Below, piece by piece: positions 9,541-19,699 of a stretch of DNA of 64,000 nucleotides. A model generated the notes under the pieces. That model searched no databases, was not told the DNA's origin, and worked only from the letters and a program-made list of their open reading frames with translations. Numbering within the stretch: position 1 is the stretch's first letter; every line of letters starts with the position of its first letter. The translations under genes and the position numbers were made by a program. Source of the DNA: Thermoplasmatales archaeon (GTDB lineage Archaea; Thermoplasmatota; Thermoplasmata; Thermoplasmatales; Thermoplasmataceae); assembly GCA_027310185.1 (NCBI GenBank), contig DAIDBH010000017.1:128001-192000 (forward strand), given 5' to 3'.

Positions 9541-10095
9541 TTATTTTTCGCCAGAATTAATCTCCGCCAGCTTGGACCAATTCCTGTATTTTTTTTCTAT
9601 GTAGTAATCAAGACTATATTTGCTTGTTCCAAAGGCGCCGTTTATCAGTATGAGCAGAAGAAATACAAGCACATAAATTATGCTTGTGCCTATATCGGTC
9701 GCACCGTATATGTAAAAACCGCCGAAACCCTCTGGTACGGACCACATAAAGAAGCTGAAGATTGCCCCAAGGAAATAGACTATTTTCCTCAATAAACCAA
9801 ATAGTATTGCTAACGCAAGCAGAGTCTCAAGTAAAGCAATAAGCAATGCAAACAGGTACGGATCATAGGACGTTACATTGATCCAAAACTGAAACCACGG
9901 CATCATCCAGGACGGCTGCTGAATCATTGAGCTCTGAATCATGGATTCGAACCCACTGAAGAATGCGGGTTGCCATTTGAGCCATGCATCGGCGAGCCAT
10001 ACCACCCCAAACAGAACGCGCATAATCACTTTATATCCGGCCATATTCCTTACAAACCAGTTTCCATTTGCCATAGCATTCATTGTTTGATTCAA
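9541..10095 (-). CDS. DoxX/DoxD-like membrane protein
   Basis: 4 TM helices; RVLFGVVWLADAWLKWQP, WSVPEGFGG, TDIG; overlaps the copA stop (ATGA). Confidence 0.7.
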   Translation of the reverse strand: MNQTMNAMANGNWFVRNMAGYKVIMRVLFGVVWLADAWLKWQPAFFSGFESMIQSSMIQQPSWMMPWFQFWINVTSYDPYLFALLIALLETLLALAILFGLLRKIVYFLGAIFSFFMWSVPEGFGGFYIYGATDIGTSIIYVLVFLLLILINGAFGTSKYSLDYYIEKKYRNWSKLAEINSGEK

Positions 10096-12167
10096 GTTAC
10101 CACCACTCCTTTTTCATATTTCTGGATAAGCTTTGATACGTTGCGTCTCAACAGAAGTGAATTAAGAACCACGGATGTGGAACTCATCCCCATGGCAAGT
10201 GCTGAAAGTATGGGCAGAAATGAATAGATCGACAGGCCAAACAGTGGGACAAGTAACCCTCCGGCTACAGGGATTAATGCAGTGTTGTAACCAAACGCCC
10301 ATCCAATGTTCTGCTTGACCTTCCCTATGGTTTTTTTGCCTATGATCTTGGCATATACCACATCATTGAGATCGTTTTTGAGGAGTATAATGTCTCCACT
10401 CTCCCTTGCGATATCGGTGCCCGAACCCATGGCAATTCCGACATCGGCTGTTTCCAGAGCCACAGTATCGTTGATTCCATCTCCAGTGAAAATTACATGA
10501 TCCCCTGCTGCCTGATATTTCTTTATTATTTCTGATTTGTCTGCAGGAAGCACCTCGGCGTGAATATCATCGATTCCAAGCTGATTTCCCACTCTTCTTG
10601 CTTCTTCCATGGAGTCCCCGGTTATCATTGAAGACCTAATTCCCATGGATCTGAGGCCTTTTATGGCAGAAACGGCTTCCTTCCTGATGACGTAGGAAAG
10701 TGAAATGAACCCCCTTTCCTCGTTATCAACATTCACTGATACGGTCGATCCCCCTTCCTTCTTTGCTCTTGAGACCCTGATTTCCTTATCATTTACCCTG
10801 CCTGTAATCCCTACGCCGGGAATCTCCTTAATTTCCGTCGCTTCGAATAGAGGAATCTTCTTGTTCTCGGCCAACGCAACTATGGCTCTTGCGATTGGAT
10901 GGTTTGAGGCTGATTCAACAGAAGCTGCTAGTGCAATGACGTTTTCCTCAGAGTCGGCAGGAGAGACAGAAATTCCTGTAACCACAGGATCCGGCTCGGT
11001 AAGTGTTCCGGTCTTGTCAAAAACGGCCCGTGTTGATTTTGACAATCTATCCAGCGCACTTACATTCTTCACTATTATGCCGTTCTCAGAAGATACGTTG
11101 GACGAGATGAGTAGAGTAATTGGTCCAGCAAGGCCAATGGCACAGGGGCAGGCGACAACCACGACAGAAACAAAAGCAAGGATGCCTATTTCAAGCGCCA
11201 GCGGATATCCTACGCTTGAAAGATAGAAGTACCAGAAAAGCGAAGCCACAAGAGCGGATGAAATAACGATGGGAACGAATACCGAGGAGAAAACATCGGC
11301 AATTCTCTGAACTTTGACCCGGCCGGAACTCGCTCTCTGTATGAGTTCGTATATCTGACTCACCGTGCTGTCTTTTCCAGTCCTGGTTACGTTTATTCGA
11401 ATAACACCGTTAAGGTTCTTAGTGCCTGATGCCACAACCTGACCGGCGGACTTCAGAACAGGCTCCTGCTCTCCAGTGAGCATGGATTCGTCCACCTCGC
11501 TCTTGCCTTCATATATTATTCCGTCGACCGAGATCACCTCGCCAGGCTTTACTAATATTTTATCGCCCGGTCTTATCTCATCGGTCTTCTTGTCAGTGAT
11601 ATCACCAAGGCTGGCGATGTAGTGGACAACGTTAGGTATCATTCCAATTAGCTTGCTGGCTGCTCTGTTTGCCTTCACCTTTGTGAGGTTTTCAATGAAA
11701 TTACCTGTTAAAATAAGAGTCACGATGAAAGACGATGCATCAAAATACACCTCGGAAGGTGGAATTGAGCTTGGTCGAGCGATTGTTACATAGGCGGAGA
11801 ACACGAATGCAGTAAGAGTTCCCAAGGAAACTAGCAAATCCATGTTTGCCGATCTGCTCTTTAATGCATGATATGAACCCTCATAGAATCCGTAGCCGGA
11901 ATAGAATTGGACAGGCAACGTCAGGATGAGGAGAAGATAATTCAGGTAAAAAATGGAATGTGAAAAACCATATGTGATAACTATAACTGGTATAGAAAGT
12001 GACCACCCAACAATCAGTCTGCGCTTGAGCTTCCTGGCTTCGGTCTCAGGAGATGAGTACTTCTGCTGGCAGGTTTTTGAACAAAAATAGTATGTTTGCC
12101 CGTCGACTACCGACTTCAGGTCAGTATCCTCCGGTACAAACATTCCACACACTGGATCAGTTGGCAT
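10092..12167 (-). CDS. copA: Copper-translocating P1B-type ATPase with N-terminal YHS/TRASH domain
   Basis: DPVCGM...YYFCSKTC, TGE, CPC, DKTGT, HP, GDGIND, YN and MGMSS motifs. Confidence 0.95.
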   Translation of the reverse strand: MPTDPVCGMFVPEDTDLKSVVDGQTYYFCSKTCQQKYSSPETEARKLKRRLIVGWSLSIPVIVITYGFSHSIFYLNYLLLILTLPVQFYSGYGFYEGSYHALKSRSANMDLLVSLGTLTAFVFSAYVTIARPSSIPPSEVYFDASSFIVTLILTGNFIENLTKVKANRAASKLIGMIPNVVHYIASLGDITDKKTDEIRPGDKILVKPGEVISVDGIIYEGKSEVDESMLTGEQEPVLKSAGQVVASGTKNLNGVIRINVTRTGKDSTVSQIYELIQRASSGRVKVQRIADVFSSVFVPIVISSALVASLFWYFYLSSVGYPLALEIGILAFVSVVVVACPCAIGLAGPITLLISSNVSSENGIIVKNVSALDRLSKSTRAVFDKTGTLTEPDPVVTGISVSPADSEENVIALAASVESASNHPIARAIVALAENKKIPLFEATEIKEIPGVGITGRVNDKEIRVSRAKKEGGSTVSVNVDNEERGFISLSYVIRKEAVSAIKGLRSMGIRSSMITGDSMEEARRVGNQLGIDDIHAEVLPADKSEIIKKYQAAGDHVIFTGDGINDTVALETADVGIAMGSGTDIARESGDIILLKNDLNDVVYAKIIGKKTIGKVKQNIGWAFGYNTALIPVAGGLLVPLFGLSIYSFLPILSALAMGMSSTSVVLNSLLLRRNVSKLIQKYEKGVVVT

Positions 12168-12178
12168 GTTTATTCTCC

Positions 12179-12319
12179 TTACCTGCTATATTTCAGGGGA
12201 TTCTTGTCGAATTCTTCCTTGCAGTGGCTGCTGCAGAAGTAGAACGTTTTTCCCTGAAACTCACTCTTCAGGTCAGTGTTCTCTTTCACTTTCATTCCGC
12301 ATATCACATCTGTTGCCAT
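12179..12319 (-). CDS. YHS/TRASH-domain metallochaperone
   Basis: MATDVICGMKV...FYFCSSHCKEEFDKNP. Confidence 0.85.
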   Translation of the reverse strand: MATDVICGMKVKENTDLKSEFQGKTFYFCSSHCKEEFDKNPLKYSR

Positions 12320-12394
12320 AGTTATGAATTGTGATGCGATACATATATTATTACCATTCATAATGTTAAAGTAGTTGAGTAAAATCATTACATT

Positions 12395-12934
12395 ATGAGA
12401 AGAAACATTTCTGAATTGGAACAGAGACTCATATTATTACTCAAGAGAAATTCCAGGATGAGTATAGTTGACATAGCAAGGGAACTGGGTACAAGCAGGC
12501 TTACAGCCAAGAAGGCTCTGGACTCCATAGTATCAAGCGGAAGGATCAAAAAATTCACAATCTCTCTTGCCGATGAAGAAATAGATATGGTTCTTGTATA
12601 CACCGACAATTTAGAGAATATACCAGAAAATATTATCCTGGAACGCTTCTGTTTGATAGATGGATCCTATATGATAATCCTGTACTATGAGGACCTTATA
12701 AAGATAAAGAAGGCAAACATAAAAAGAGTTGAAATAGCAACCTCCAGGGAGGTGAATGAAAACATGACCAGGGCGGAAGGCATCCACTGCGATTACTGCA
12801 GAAAGGAGATCAAGGACAATCCGATCTCATTAGAAATAAGGGGAAAGACATATTATGTGTGCTGTCCGAACTGTGAGAGAGACCTTAAGAAAAGAGGAGA
12901 GGTAATTCTCGAGGAAAATTCCGGACATCAGTAG
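12395..12934 (+). CDS. Copper-responsive Lrp/AsnC-type HTH regulator with C-terminal TRASH domain (CopT/CopR-like)
   Basis: N-terminal HTH (NSRMSIVDIARELG), C-terminal CDYC...YYVCCPNC; divergent from the chaperone-copA genes. Confidence 0.88.
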   Translation: MRRNISELEQRLILLLKRNSRMSIVDIARELGTSRLTAKKALDSIVSSGRIKKFTISLADEEIDMVLVYTDNLENIPENIILERFCLIDGSYMIILYYEDLIKIKKANIKRVEIATSREVNENMTRAEGIHCDYCRKEIKDNPISLEIRGKTYYVCCPNCERDLKKRGEVILEENSGHQ

Positions 12935-13065
12935 AAACAAATACAGATGAAAAGGGGCATGAGGTATTTCCACTCAAACTGTTCTCATAATGTTTAGTAC
13001 ATTGTAGTGTTCTGGACAGTTTGGGCAGTTATATTATAAATAACTGAGAAGAATTATAATTAATT

Positions 13066-13479
13066 ATGAATGGGAAAAGAGATTCCCCTACCGGGAGGGG
13101 TTCGCTGTTTGACAGGTCTGAAAATGACCAGACGGGCAGAAATTCCAACATTTCAGAATTAATATCTGTTGGGAAGGGGAATGTTGAATTGGGAAATGGG
13201 GTGGTAAAGATTGCAGAAGGAAAATATCTCGTCTTGGAGTTGAGCGAAGAAAAGGGCCCTTGCCCCGATAATATGTGCCAATTGAAAGCTGAAATTAATA
13301 TAAGAATTCTTGGCAGCATCAATGATCCATCCTCATATGAAATAATCAGAACAGATAAATTCACGTTGGCCATAAGCAAAGCTGTATGGCATGCTATAGA
13401 TAAAGGCAGGCAGGGTATTTCCATCAGGAAAGGAAGATTTGGTAATCTCAGCGTAAAGGGATTCTCACTAACCTACTGA
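13066..13479 (+). CDS. Hypothetical protein
   Basis: 137-aa ORF with CPDNMC; co-oriented with the cluster. Confidence 0.55.
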   Translation: MNGKRDSPTGRGSLFDRSENDQTGRNSNISELISVGKGNVELGNGVVKIAEGKYLVLELSEEKGPCPDNMCQLKAEINIRILGSINDPSSYEIIRTDKFTLAISKAVWHAIDKGRQGISIRKGRFGNLSVKGFSLTY

Positions 13480-13621
13480 CAACTCTCTGCTCTTTTGTAC
13501 CCCACATAGAAGACGAATGGTCTCACTCTATAAGGTAACTTATCATTGTGTATGCATATACTTACCAAAATTTACAGATTGAATAAGGCATTGTTTTATA
13601 CATTTGCATAATTTCGTAAAT

Positions 13622-13813
13622 ATGTCTTGTGGATGTATGAAGAATGCAGGAAATGATATGGGAAAGCAACACATGCACAGCCACGGTGGTGAGGAAAACC
13701 TCCCAGCAGACGATACTAAATCTGCACTGGGCATACTGAATGAGAGGTATGCAAGAGGAGAAATCGCAAAGGAAGAGTATTTAAGCATGAAGAATGAAAT
13801 TTTGTCAAGGTGA
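13622..13813 (+). CDS. SHOCT-domain protein with Cys/His/Met-rich N-terminus
   Basis: ILNERYARGEIAKEEY; MSCGCM...HMHSH. Confidence 0.8.
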   Translation: MSCGCMKNAGNDMGKQHMHSHGGEENLPADDTKSALGILNERYARGEIAKEEYLSMKNEILSR

Positions 13814-13817
13814 AATA

Positions 13818-14216
13818 ATGGCAACTGAATACAGAGTCAAATCAAAGCATTCCTTCGATGAGGTGTGTGACAAGATAAGAGAGATCGTACCACCAAATGG
13901 TTTCTCAATACTATCTGAGATCAGGACAAGCGACATCTTGAGGTCAAAGGGATTTGAATATCCTAATCTCAGAACGTTTGATATTTGCAATGCCGGTTAC
14001 GCCAACAGGGCACTTTCTCTTGACACACGGGTTGAAACAATTATTCCATGCCATTTGATAGTAAAGGAAGCAGAGAATCATACGGAAGTATCTGTTCAGC
14101 TGCCCAGAGAAATGTTTGACTCCCTCCACACGGAGGAATCTGAGGAAATGGAGAGTTTCATGAGCGAAGTTGAAGCAAAACTTAAGGGTATTGTGGATTC
14201 ATTCGCTGATGAGTGA
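13818..14216 (+). CDS. DUF302 family protein
   Basis: GFSILSEI...FDICNAGYA...IIPCHLIV; GGTGA RBS upstream. Confidence 0.8.
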   Translation: MATEYRVKSKHSFDEVCDKIREIVPPNGFSILSEIRTSDILRSKGFEYPNLRTFDICNAGYANRALSLDTRVETIIPCHLIVKEAENHTEVSVQLPREMFDSLHTEESEEMESFMSEVEAKLKGIVDSFADE

Positions 14217-15034
14217 AGAGTGTATTACTTGACTTTACAAAGTTTATTGAGGTGTCCGGCGTGAATGATAACGATTGGATAAGCACAGTTTTATCTTCGC
14301 CCTTCATGAAAATAATGGCGGACAGTCTCAACAGGTCTAGCAATGAGATGGATCCAAGGGCAACACCGCTATACAAGGCAGTGATCGGACATGTCGGCCC
14401 TGAACGCACAGTTATCGACATAGGCGCAGGCGTCGGTAGATTTGCCATCCCTCTTGCACAGGATGGAATAAAGGTAACCGCAGTTGAACCCAGTGATGAG
14501 ATGCGCAGACATCTGAAGGAGGCTATAGCAAGCAGTGGTCTATCGTCCGGAATAAATGTAGTCCCGTCTTCGTGGCCTGTAGATAAGGCCCTGACCGCGG
14601 AGGTAGTCTTCGCATCATTTGTCATTCAGTTCTCCAAAAATCCTATGGAATTTATCCATGCCATGGAAAGGTCTGCAAGGAATCAATGTATACTGTCTGT
14701 TCATGTGGACCAGCCACTTGAGTTTTTAAGAAATATCTGGCAAGTTTTCCGTCCTACAGAACCCGTGCCTGTGATGCTCACTTTTTCTGATCTTTATCCA
14801 ATGCTCCTGAACATGGGCATCATAGCCAATGTTGCGATTATAGAGGAAAAGCGTATGTCCAGGCCAGTGATGGAACCTGCCAAGATCATTACACTGCTTT
14901 CCGACCTCCTGAGTATCAGGGATAAGCCTGCAGACATGCAACGACTGAAGGAAATCCTGGAGGGCATGAGAAGCCGGATTCAAGAGCCACCTTCCATGAG
15001 AACTGCCATTGTCTCATGGCAGCCCAGGAGATGA
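14213..15034 (+). CDS. Class I SAM-dependent methyltransferase
   Basis: VIDIGAGVGRFA, VTAVEPS. Confidence 0.85.
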   Translation: MKSVLLDFTKFIEVSGVNDNDWISTVLSSPFMKIMADSLNRSSNEMDPRATPLYKAVIGHVGPERTVIDIGAGVGRFAIPLAQDGIKVTAVEPSDEMRRHLKEAIASSGLSSGINVVPSSWPVDKALTAEVVFASFVIQFSKNPMEFIHAMERSARNQCILSVHVDQPLEFLRNIWQVFRPTEPVPVMLTFSDLYPMLLNMGIIANVAIIEEKRMSRPVMEPAKIITLLSDLLSIRDKPADMQRLKEILEGMRSRIQEPPSMRTAIVSWQPRR

Positions 15035-15768
15035 GAATTATGGAACGAATAGATACGGGAAAGGCGAAATCGGACAGGGGTTTTGCATCCGTAACCACCA
15101 TTGTTTCTGTCATCATTATTGCAGTCCTAGTCTTCGCCGCAATATCAGCGGCTGCGTTTGTAATGTACGGTTCTGGAATTGGCGGCTTTGGCTCCGGGGG
15201 GCCTGGAGGCGGTGCCAATTCTATCTTCATAGTGAACAATACATCATTCAATAGGATGAATTCAGTTCCAGCAGGTGTTGCCGTCAACAACAGCAGCAAT
15301 ACCATAAACGTGACTTCGAAGAGCGTAACCCTCATCGTTGAGGCTGCACCCACATGGTACCCCGGGCAGGGGGATTTCTGGTTAATTTATGGACTGGCCA
15401 ATCCAAATATAGTGATCAGGGAGGGCACCACGGTTCATTTTGTGTTCATAAACATGGACAACATTACTCACATGCCTGCTATCACCACCAACAGTCCGCC
15501 ATATAGCTACATGCCTATGCAGGGCAACATGATGGGATCTGGTACGGATTCAGGCTCCGGAATGATGGGATACCAAGGCGGTGGTAACGGTAGCTGGCTT
15601 GCAATAGGTCCCATGCTACCTGGAACTTCGGCGAATGCCAATGATCAGGCATACGCTGCCTCAAACCTAACGGTGACATTCAGTTCCAGTGGGAACTACT
15701 ACTACATATGCCTCATTCCGGGGCATGCACAGATGGGTATGTACGGAGAGATTTCCGTTCAAGGATAA
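15031..15768 (+). CDS. Membrane-anchored rusticyanin/sulfocyanin-like blue copper protein
   Basis: N-terminal TM anchor, GLANPNIVI, FINMDNITH, C-terminal YYYICLIPGHAQMGMYG (type-1 Cu Cys/His/Met ligands). Confidence 0.88.
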   Translation: MRIMERIDTGKAKSDRGFASVTTIVSVIIIAVLVFAAISAAAFVMYGSGIGGFGSGGPGGGANSIFIVNNTSFNRMNSVPAGVAVNNSSNTINVTSKSVTLIVEAAPTWYPGQGDFWLIYGLANPNIVIREGTTVHFVFINMDNITHMPAITTNSPPYSYMPMQGNMMGSGTDSGSGMMGYQGGGNGSWLAIGPMLPGTSANANDQAYAASNLTVTFSSSGNYYYICLIPGHAQMGMYGEISVQG

Positions 15769-15782
15769 GGAGAAGAGAGATT

Positions 15783-16361
15783 ATGTCACAGCAACAGGAT
15801 AGACACTTCAGACCGGGAATAATGCTTTTTCCCATCAGAAAATACATGTCAAGACCCCAACACGATTTTATAAATACCAACGTGAAACGTGGTATGACCG
15901 CGCTCGATCTTGGAAGCGGCCCCGGATTCTTCACGACCATGCTATCGGAAGCGGTAGGAATAAACGGCACTGTTCATGCGGTGGATGGTGATAAAGCCGC
16001 TGTGACGCGACTCCAGAACAGGGCTGGTGCACTTGGCATGGTGAACATCAAGGCATACGCTTCTTCTGCAGCCAGTATTCCATACATACAAAGCAAATCA
16101 ATAGATGTTCTCTTTTCAAACGGCCTCCTCTGCTGCATGCTTGACCACAGGGGGGCAGTGGATGAGATGATGCGCGTTATGAAAACAGGCTCAAGAGGTT
16201 TCATCAGCGTAGCCAAGTTGTTCAGGAAAGATGGCCTTGGCGTTCCAAAGGATGAGTGGAAGGAAATCACGAGATCATTTGATGTGGTAGATTCAGGATC
16301 ATCAGTCGTGATGGATTGGGTAGTTGTTTCTAAGCCCGGAGATGATAAAAATGAATTATGA
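15783..16361 (+). CDS. Class I SAM-dependent methyltransferase
   Basis: ALDLGSGPGFFT, VHAVD. Confidence 0.85.
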   Translation: MSQQQDRHFRPGIMLFPIRKYMSRPQHDFINTNVKRGMTALDLGSGPGFFTTMLSEAVGINGTVHAVDGDKAAVTRLQNRAGALGMVNIKAYASSAASIPYIQSKSIDVLFSNGLLCCMLDHRGAVDEMMRVMKTGSRGFISVAKLFRKDGLGVPKDEWKEITRSFDVVDSGSSVVMDWVVVSKPGDDKNEL

Positions 16362-16830
16362 CGCAACGAGAAGAAACCGCATGGGCACCACGTCAAGATT
16401 AGGTGTGAACCTGATACTGCTGGAATTCTTTTTGCTGATTATTCAGTTCGTAATCGGAATGTGGATGAATCTTTTTGCCGTATTCCCATCCTTTGGTCAA
16501 TCTTTTTTCATGTATGGAATGATGCAGGTAATGTTTTCCGTACCGGAACTCATGGTTCACATGATGCTAGGAATTTTTATCGGACTGGTGTCCTTGATGA
16601 TTTTCTTTGTATTTGCAATGGCGGGTGACTACAGGCTTTCAGCGTTAAGCGCCGTGGCATCCATATCCATACTCACCGCCGGCATCGGAGGCCTTGAATT
16701 CTTGTTCTCCGGATTTACGAACAACATATTCTCTTTCCTCATGTCCTTAGGGTTCATTTTTACCATTGTCGCCTATGCCTCTATATTATACATGATTTCC
16801 AGCAGTGATCGACGAACCGGAACTCCATAA
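16351..16830 (+). CDS. Hypothetical 4-TM membrane protein
   Basis: Hydrophobic helices; resembles 26492-26950. Confidence 0.75.
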   Translation: MNYDATRRNRMGTTSRLGVNLILLEFFLLIIQFVIGMWMNLFAVFPSFGQSFFMYGMMQVMFSVPELMVHMMLGIFIGLVSLMIFFVFAMAGDYRLSALSAVASISILTAGIGGLEFLFSGFTNNIFSFLMSLGFIFTIVAYASILYMISSSDRRTGTP

Positions 16831-16832
16831 AC

Positions 16833-17906
16833 ATGCAAAATTTTTTTAAAAGACTTCTGGCATTATTTCTTGTTGCGGCGTCAAGTTTTGTTCTTTCATA
16901 TATATATTCAGAAGACCTTTACCTGAAGCTCGGTTCCGGTACGTTGGGCATCTTTTACGCAGAATTTTCTATAGGTACTATACCATTAATATTTTACCTG
17001 TTCATTTGGTGGAGAAAACACAAATACCAAGAGGAGGACAAGTTCATTCATTTTTTAAGAATTTCATTCGGCTACTTGTGGATTCTTGACGCACTCCTGC
17101 AGATGCAACCCGGGATGAACGAATACTTCGCTGCAATGATAATTGCCCCTAACATCAGCGCAGGGGGAATAACCGGCTATGTTTCAACCTTTGCCCTTTC
17201 TTTGTGGAATATGCATCCTGTTGTGTTTGATGTTGCATCTTCCCTGATCCAGTTATATATAGGTGGAGTTCTTTTAACACAAAATAGAGGAAAGATATAC
17301 TCTTTAACACAAATGATAGCCATATTATGGGGATTTTCCATCTGGATTTTTGGAGAAGGATTCGGAGGCACTTTCGGTTCGGGAGCTACCATTCTTACCG
17401 GGTTTCCGGGCTCTGTATTAATCTATGTCTACGCATCTCTAATACTCCTTCTATCATCGAAAAATCGCGGAGGAATGATACGTAAATCATCTTATTTTTT
17501 CGGAGGCCTGATATTCATACCATCATTAATTGTACAACTTATGCCGTCTAATGGCTATTTGGGGAACATGTCAGTGATATTTATGCCGATGCCGTCTCCA
17601 TCGGGAATACTGAATTTTGCAAATGAATTTCAGTATTATTTCACCCAATCGCCAGTATGGCCAGACATTGTGACTCTTTTTCTTATTCTGGCATCTGCCG
17701 CTGGATGGATACTTGGAAAGTCCTATGGCTATGTTTTTTCTGGCATTCTTGCATCCTTTTCGTGGATAGTTTTCCAGGGTCTTGGTATACTGGGAATCTT
17801 GAGTACAGACCCAAATACCGGCCTGCCCATGTTAATAATAAGCATCTTCTTCTATCTCTGGACTAAAGAATATTTCACGTCAAGCAATGGGTTGACAAAT
17901 GATTAA
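16833..17906 (+). CDS. Multi-pass membrane protein with DoxX-like domain
   Basis: RISFGYLWILDALLQMQP and WIFGEGFGG match motifs in 9541-10095; C-terminal TDPNTG. Confidence 0.7.
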   Translation: MQNFFKRLLALFLVAASSFVLSYIYSEDLYLKLGSGTLGIFYAEFSIGTIPLIFYLFIWWRKHKYQEEDKFIHFLRISFGYLWILDALLQMQPGMNEYFAAMIIAPNISAGGITGYVSTFALSLWNMHPVVFDVASSLIQLYIGGVLLTQNRGKIYSLTQMIAILWGFSIWIFGEGFGGTFGSGATILTGFPGSVLIYVYASLILLLSSKNRGGMIRKSSYFFGGLIFIPSLIVQLMPSNGYLGNMSVIFMPMPSPSGILNFANEFQYYFTQSPVWPDIVTLFLILASAAGWILGKSYGYVFSGILASFSWIVFQGLGILGILSTDPNTGLPMLIISIFFYLWTKEYFTSSNGLTND

Positions 17907-17939
17907 ATAAATTGCTGTAATATATATGCAAGAGGTAAA

Positions 17940-18791
17940 ATGAGCAGTAACCAGGGTAACACGCCATATAGGGATCTCCTTACGGCTTCAATATACTGGA
18001 TAATACTTGGTATATTCCTGTATTCATATTTCCAGACGAGAAATCCCCTATCGCTGTCCGTTGCGACGGACAGGGTGGTTGACGCTTTATCCATTTCATT
18101 CATTTTCCTAGTGAACAGAATAGCGCGAAAACCTGGTGATGAATATCACTCCTATGGTTTCCACAGAGTTGAAGTTATACTGAATGCAACAGTCATCCTC
18201 CTTTTCGTGGCTATGGCTATTTACTCAGCATTAATGACCACTCAGCTTCTTCTGACAAACGCAATCAGATCACCGGCCTCTACGGTTGTATCCTCAATTG
18301 TTGCCGTTCCATTGCTTTTGCTGGCGGCGTTTACCATGCAGAGAGATAAGAAATCAAACTTCAGGGTTATGTTCATACACACCCTCCAGGACCTTGAAAT
18401 AATATTAGTCACACTGGTGTTCTCTCTTGCTTCAGAATATTTTATCGGGCCATCGTTGAGTTATATTGGAAGCTATGCAGTTATCCTGATCATACTGTAT
18501 GGAAACAGGAATATGTTCAGAAGAAATTTCAACATGCTCATGGAAGGTTCGCAGGTAAGTGTAAGGGAAGTTGAGGACAGGATCAAGAAAGAGTTTCCGA
18601 ATGCGCACCACCTTCACATATGGGACATCTGCCAACACCAGAGAGTTGCTACTTTACATCTTAGTGTTCTTCCATGCACGAAGATCGGTGAACTTGATAA
18701 AACTAATGCTGCTATTAAGAGTCTGCTTTCAACGTATGGGGTTAATCATGTCACGATCCAGTTTGAATCAGCAGACCCCACAAAATCTTGA
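17940..18791 (+). CDS. Cation diffusion facilitator (CzcD-like) transporter
   Basis: HSYGFHRVE, HTLQD, LMEG, HHLHIW, HVTIQFE. Confidence 0.9.
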   Translation: MSSNQGNTPYRDLLTASIYWIILGIFLYSYFQTRNPLSLSVATDRVVDALSISFIFLVNRIARKPGDEYHSYGFHRVEVILNATVILLFVAMAIYSALMTTQLLLTNAIRSPASTVVSSIVAVPLLLLAAFTMQRDKKSNFRVMFIHTLQDLEIILVTLVFSLASEYFIGPSLSYIGSYAVILIILYGNRNMFRRNFNMLMEGSQVSVREVEDRIKKEFPNAHHLHIWDICQHQRVATLHLSVLPCTKIGELDKTNAAIKSLLSTYGVNHVTIQFESADPTKS

Positions 18792-18976
18792 ATACTGCCA
18801 TTCGATTGAGCCACCTCTGGCTGGGGCAGTTAATAGCTTCTGATGGGAGTGAATGCAATTATTCCTACTGCAACGGTAAGTATGATCCTCGTCAGGTAGT
18901 CTACATATTTTAGATGTATTTTTTCCCAGGGCTTTGGAGGGCCCACTTGAAGAGACATAGTTCATCAGGATTCAGA

Positions 18977-19017
18977 GTATTCCCTTAAGACATTAATCAA
19001 ATCCCGACCGGTCCATT
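18977..19017 (+). repeat. att-like hybrid repeat R1
   Basis: GTATTCCCTTAAGACATTAA-TCAAATCCCGACCGGTCCATT; last 21 bp identical to 7569-7589. Confidence 0.95.
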
Positions 19018-19162
19018 TTGTCTAAATATATTAGTGGATCTTTACATTTATTTTAATATGGTCAAAACATATTAACAGGATTGTAGAGAAAATGACTCTC
19101 TGCTTCTTCTAGCGAGTTTAAGTGAGAAGAAGTTATTATAAATGTTTAGGATATGGACATGT

Positions 19163-19699
19163 ATGCAGAGATTGGATCTTCTTAAATTGCTTATTTATGC
19201 TAGGGGGTCAACAATGCGGGACAACGAGAGCATCCCATCAAAAACTCACCTTCAGAAGGAAATGTTTATTCTCCTGAAAGAGACAATTTTCCAAAAGGCG
19301 GATGGGTACATATTCGTACCGCATTATTATGGACCGTTTTCCCGCGAACTTGACATCGATCTAAATGAGCTATTAGCGTCTGGTCTTATAAATGATTCGG
19401 ACGGTTTTACCCTTACTCCAGTCGGCTTCAAGGATACCCGAGCACTTTGGAACAGCCAGGATCAGGCTCACAAAACAGCACTTTCAAGAATCAAAGAAAG
19501 ATACAATAGATTAACCTCAGAGAAACTCTTGGACTATGTGTATGAAAAATATAAGAAATATACTGTAAAATCTGCTGTAATACTCGAGAATCTTTATAAT
19601 TACTTCGATTCGTTTGCACTAGAAAATAATGTTACAGTCGATGATCTGGATAGAGCATTCAGCAGAATTAGGCATCCCATAAATGAAAATTGTAACTGA
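19163..19699 (+). CDS. Putative antitoxin, Panacea/SocA (DUF4065)-like
   Basis: HLQKEMFIL...FVPHYYGPFSRELDIDLNELLASGLI; overlaps the downstream PIN gene. Confidence 0.7.
   Translation: MQRLDLLKLLIYARGSTMRDNESIPSKTHLQKEMFILLKETIFQKADGYIFVPHYYGPFSRELDIDLNELLASGLINDSDGFTLTPVGFKDTRALWNSQDQAHKTALSRIKERYNRLTSEKLLDYVYEKYKKYTVKSAVILENLYNYFDSFALENNVTVDDLDRAFSRIRHPINENCN

Noticed and set aside
18768-18965. Minus-strand ORF beside R1 as an integrase remnant
   Set aside because: No tyrosine-recombinase motifs seen in the three minus-strand frames I translated; it overlaps the CDF gene end.
18977-19017. The repeats as additional or split tRNA genes
   Set aside because: Only the T-loop-to-acceptor 3' strand is present; the left arm cannot form the T-stem or the rest of a cloverleaf.
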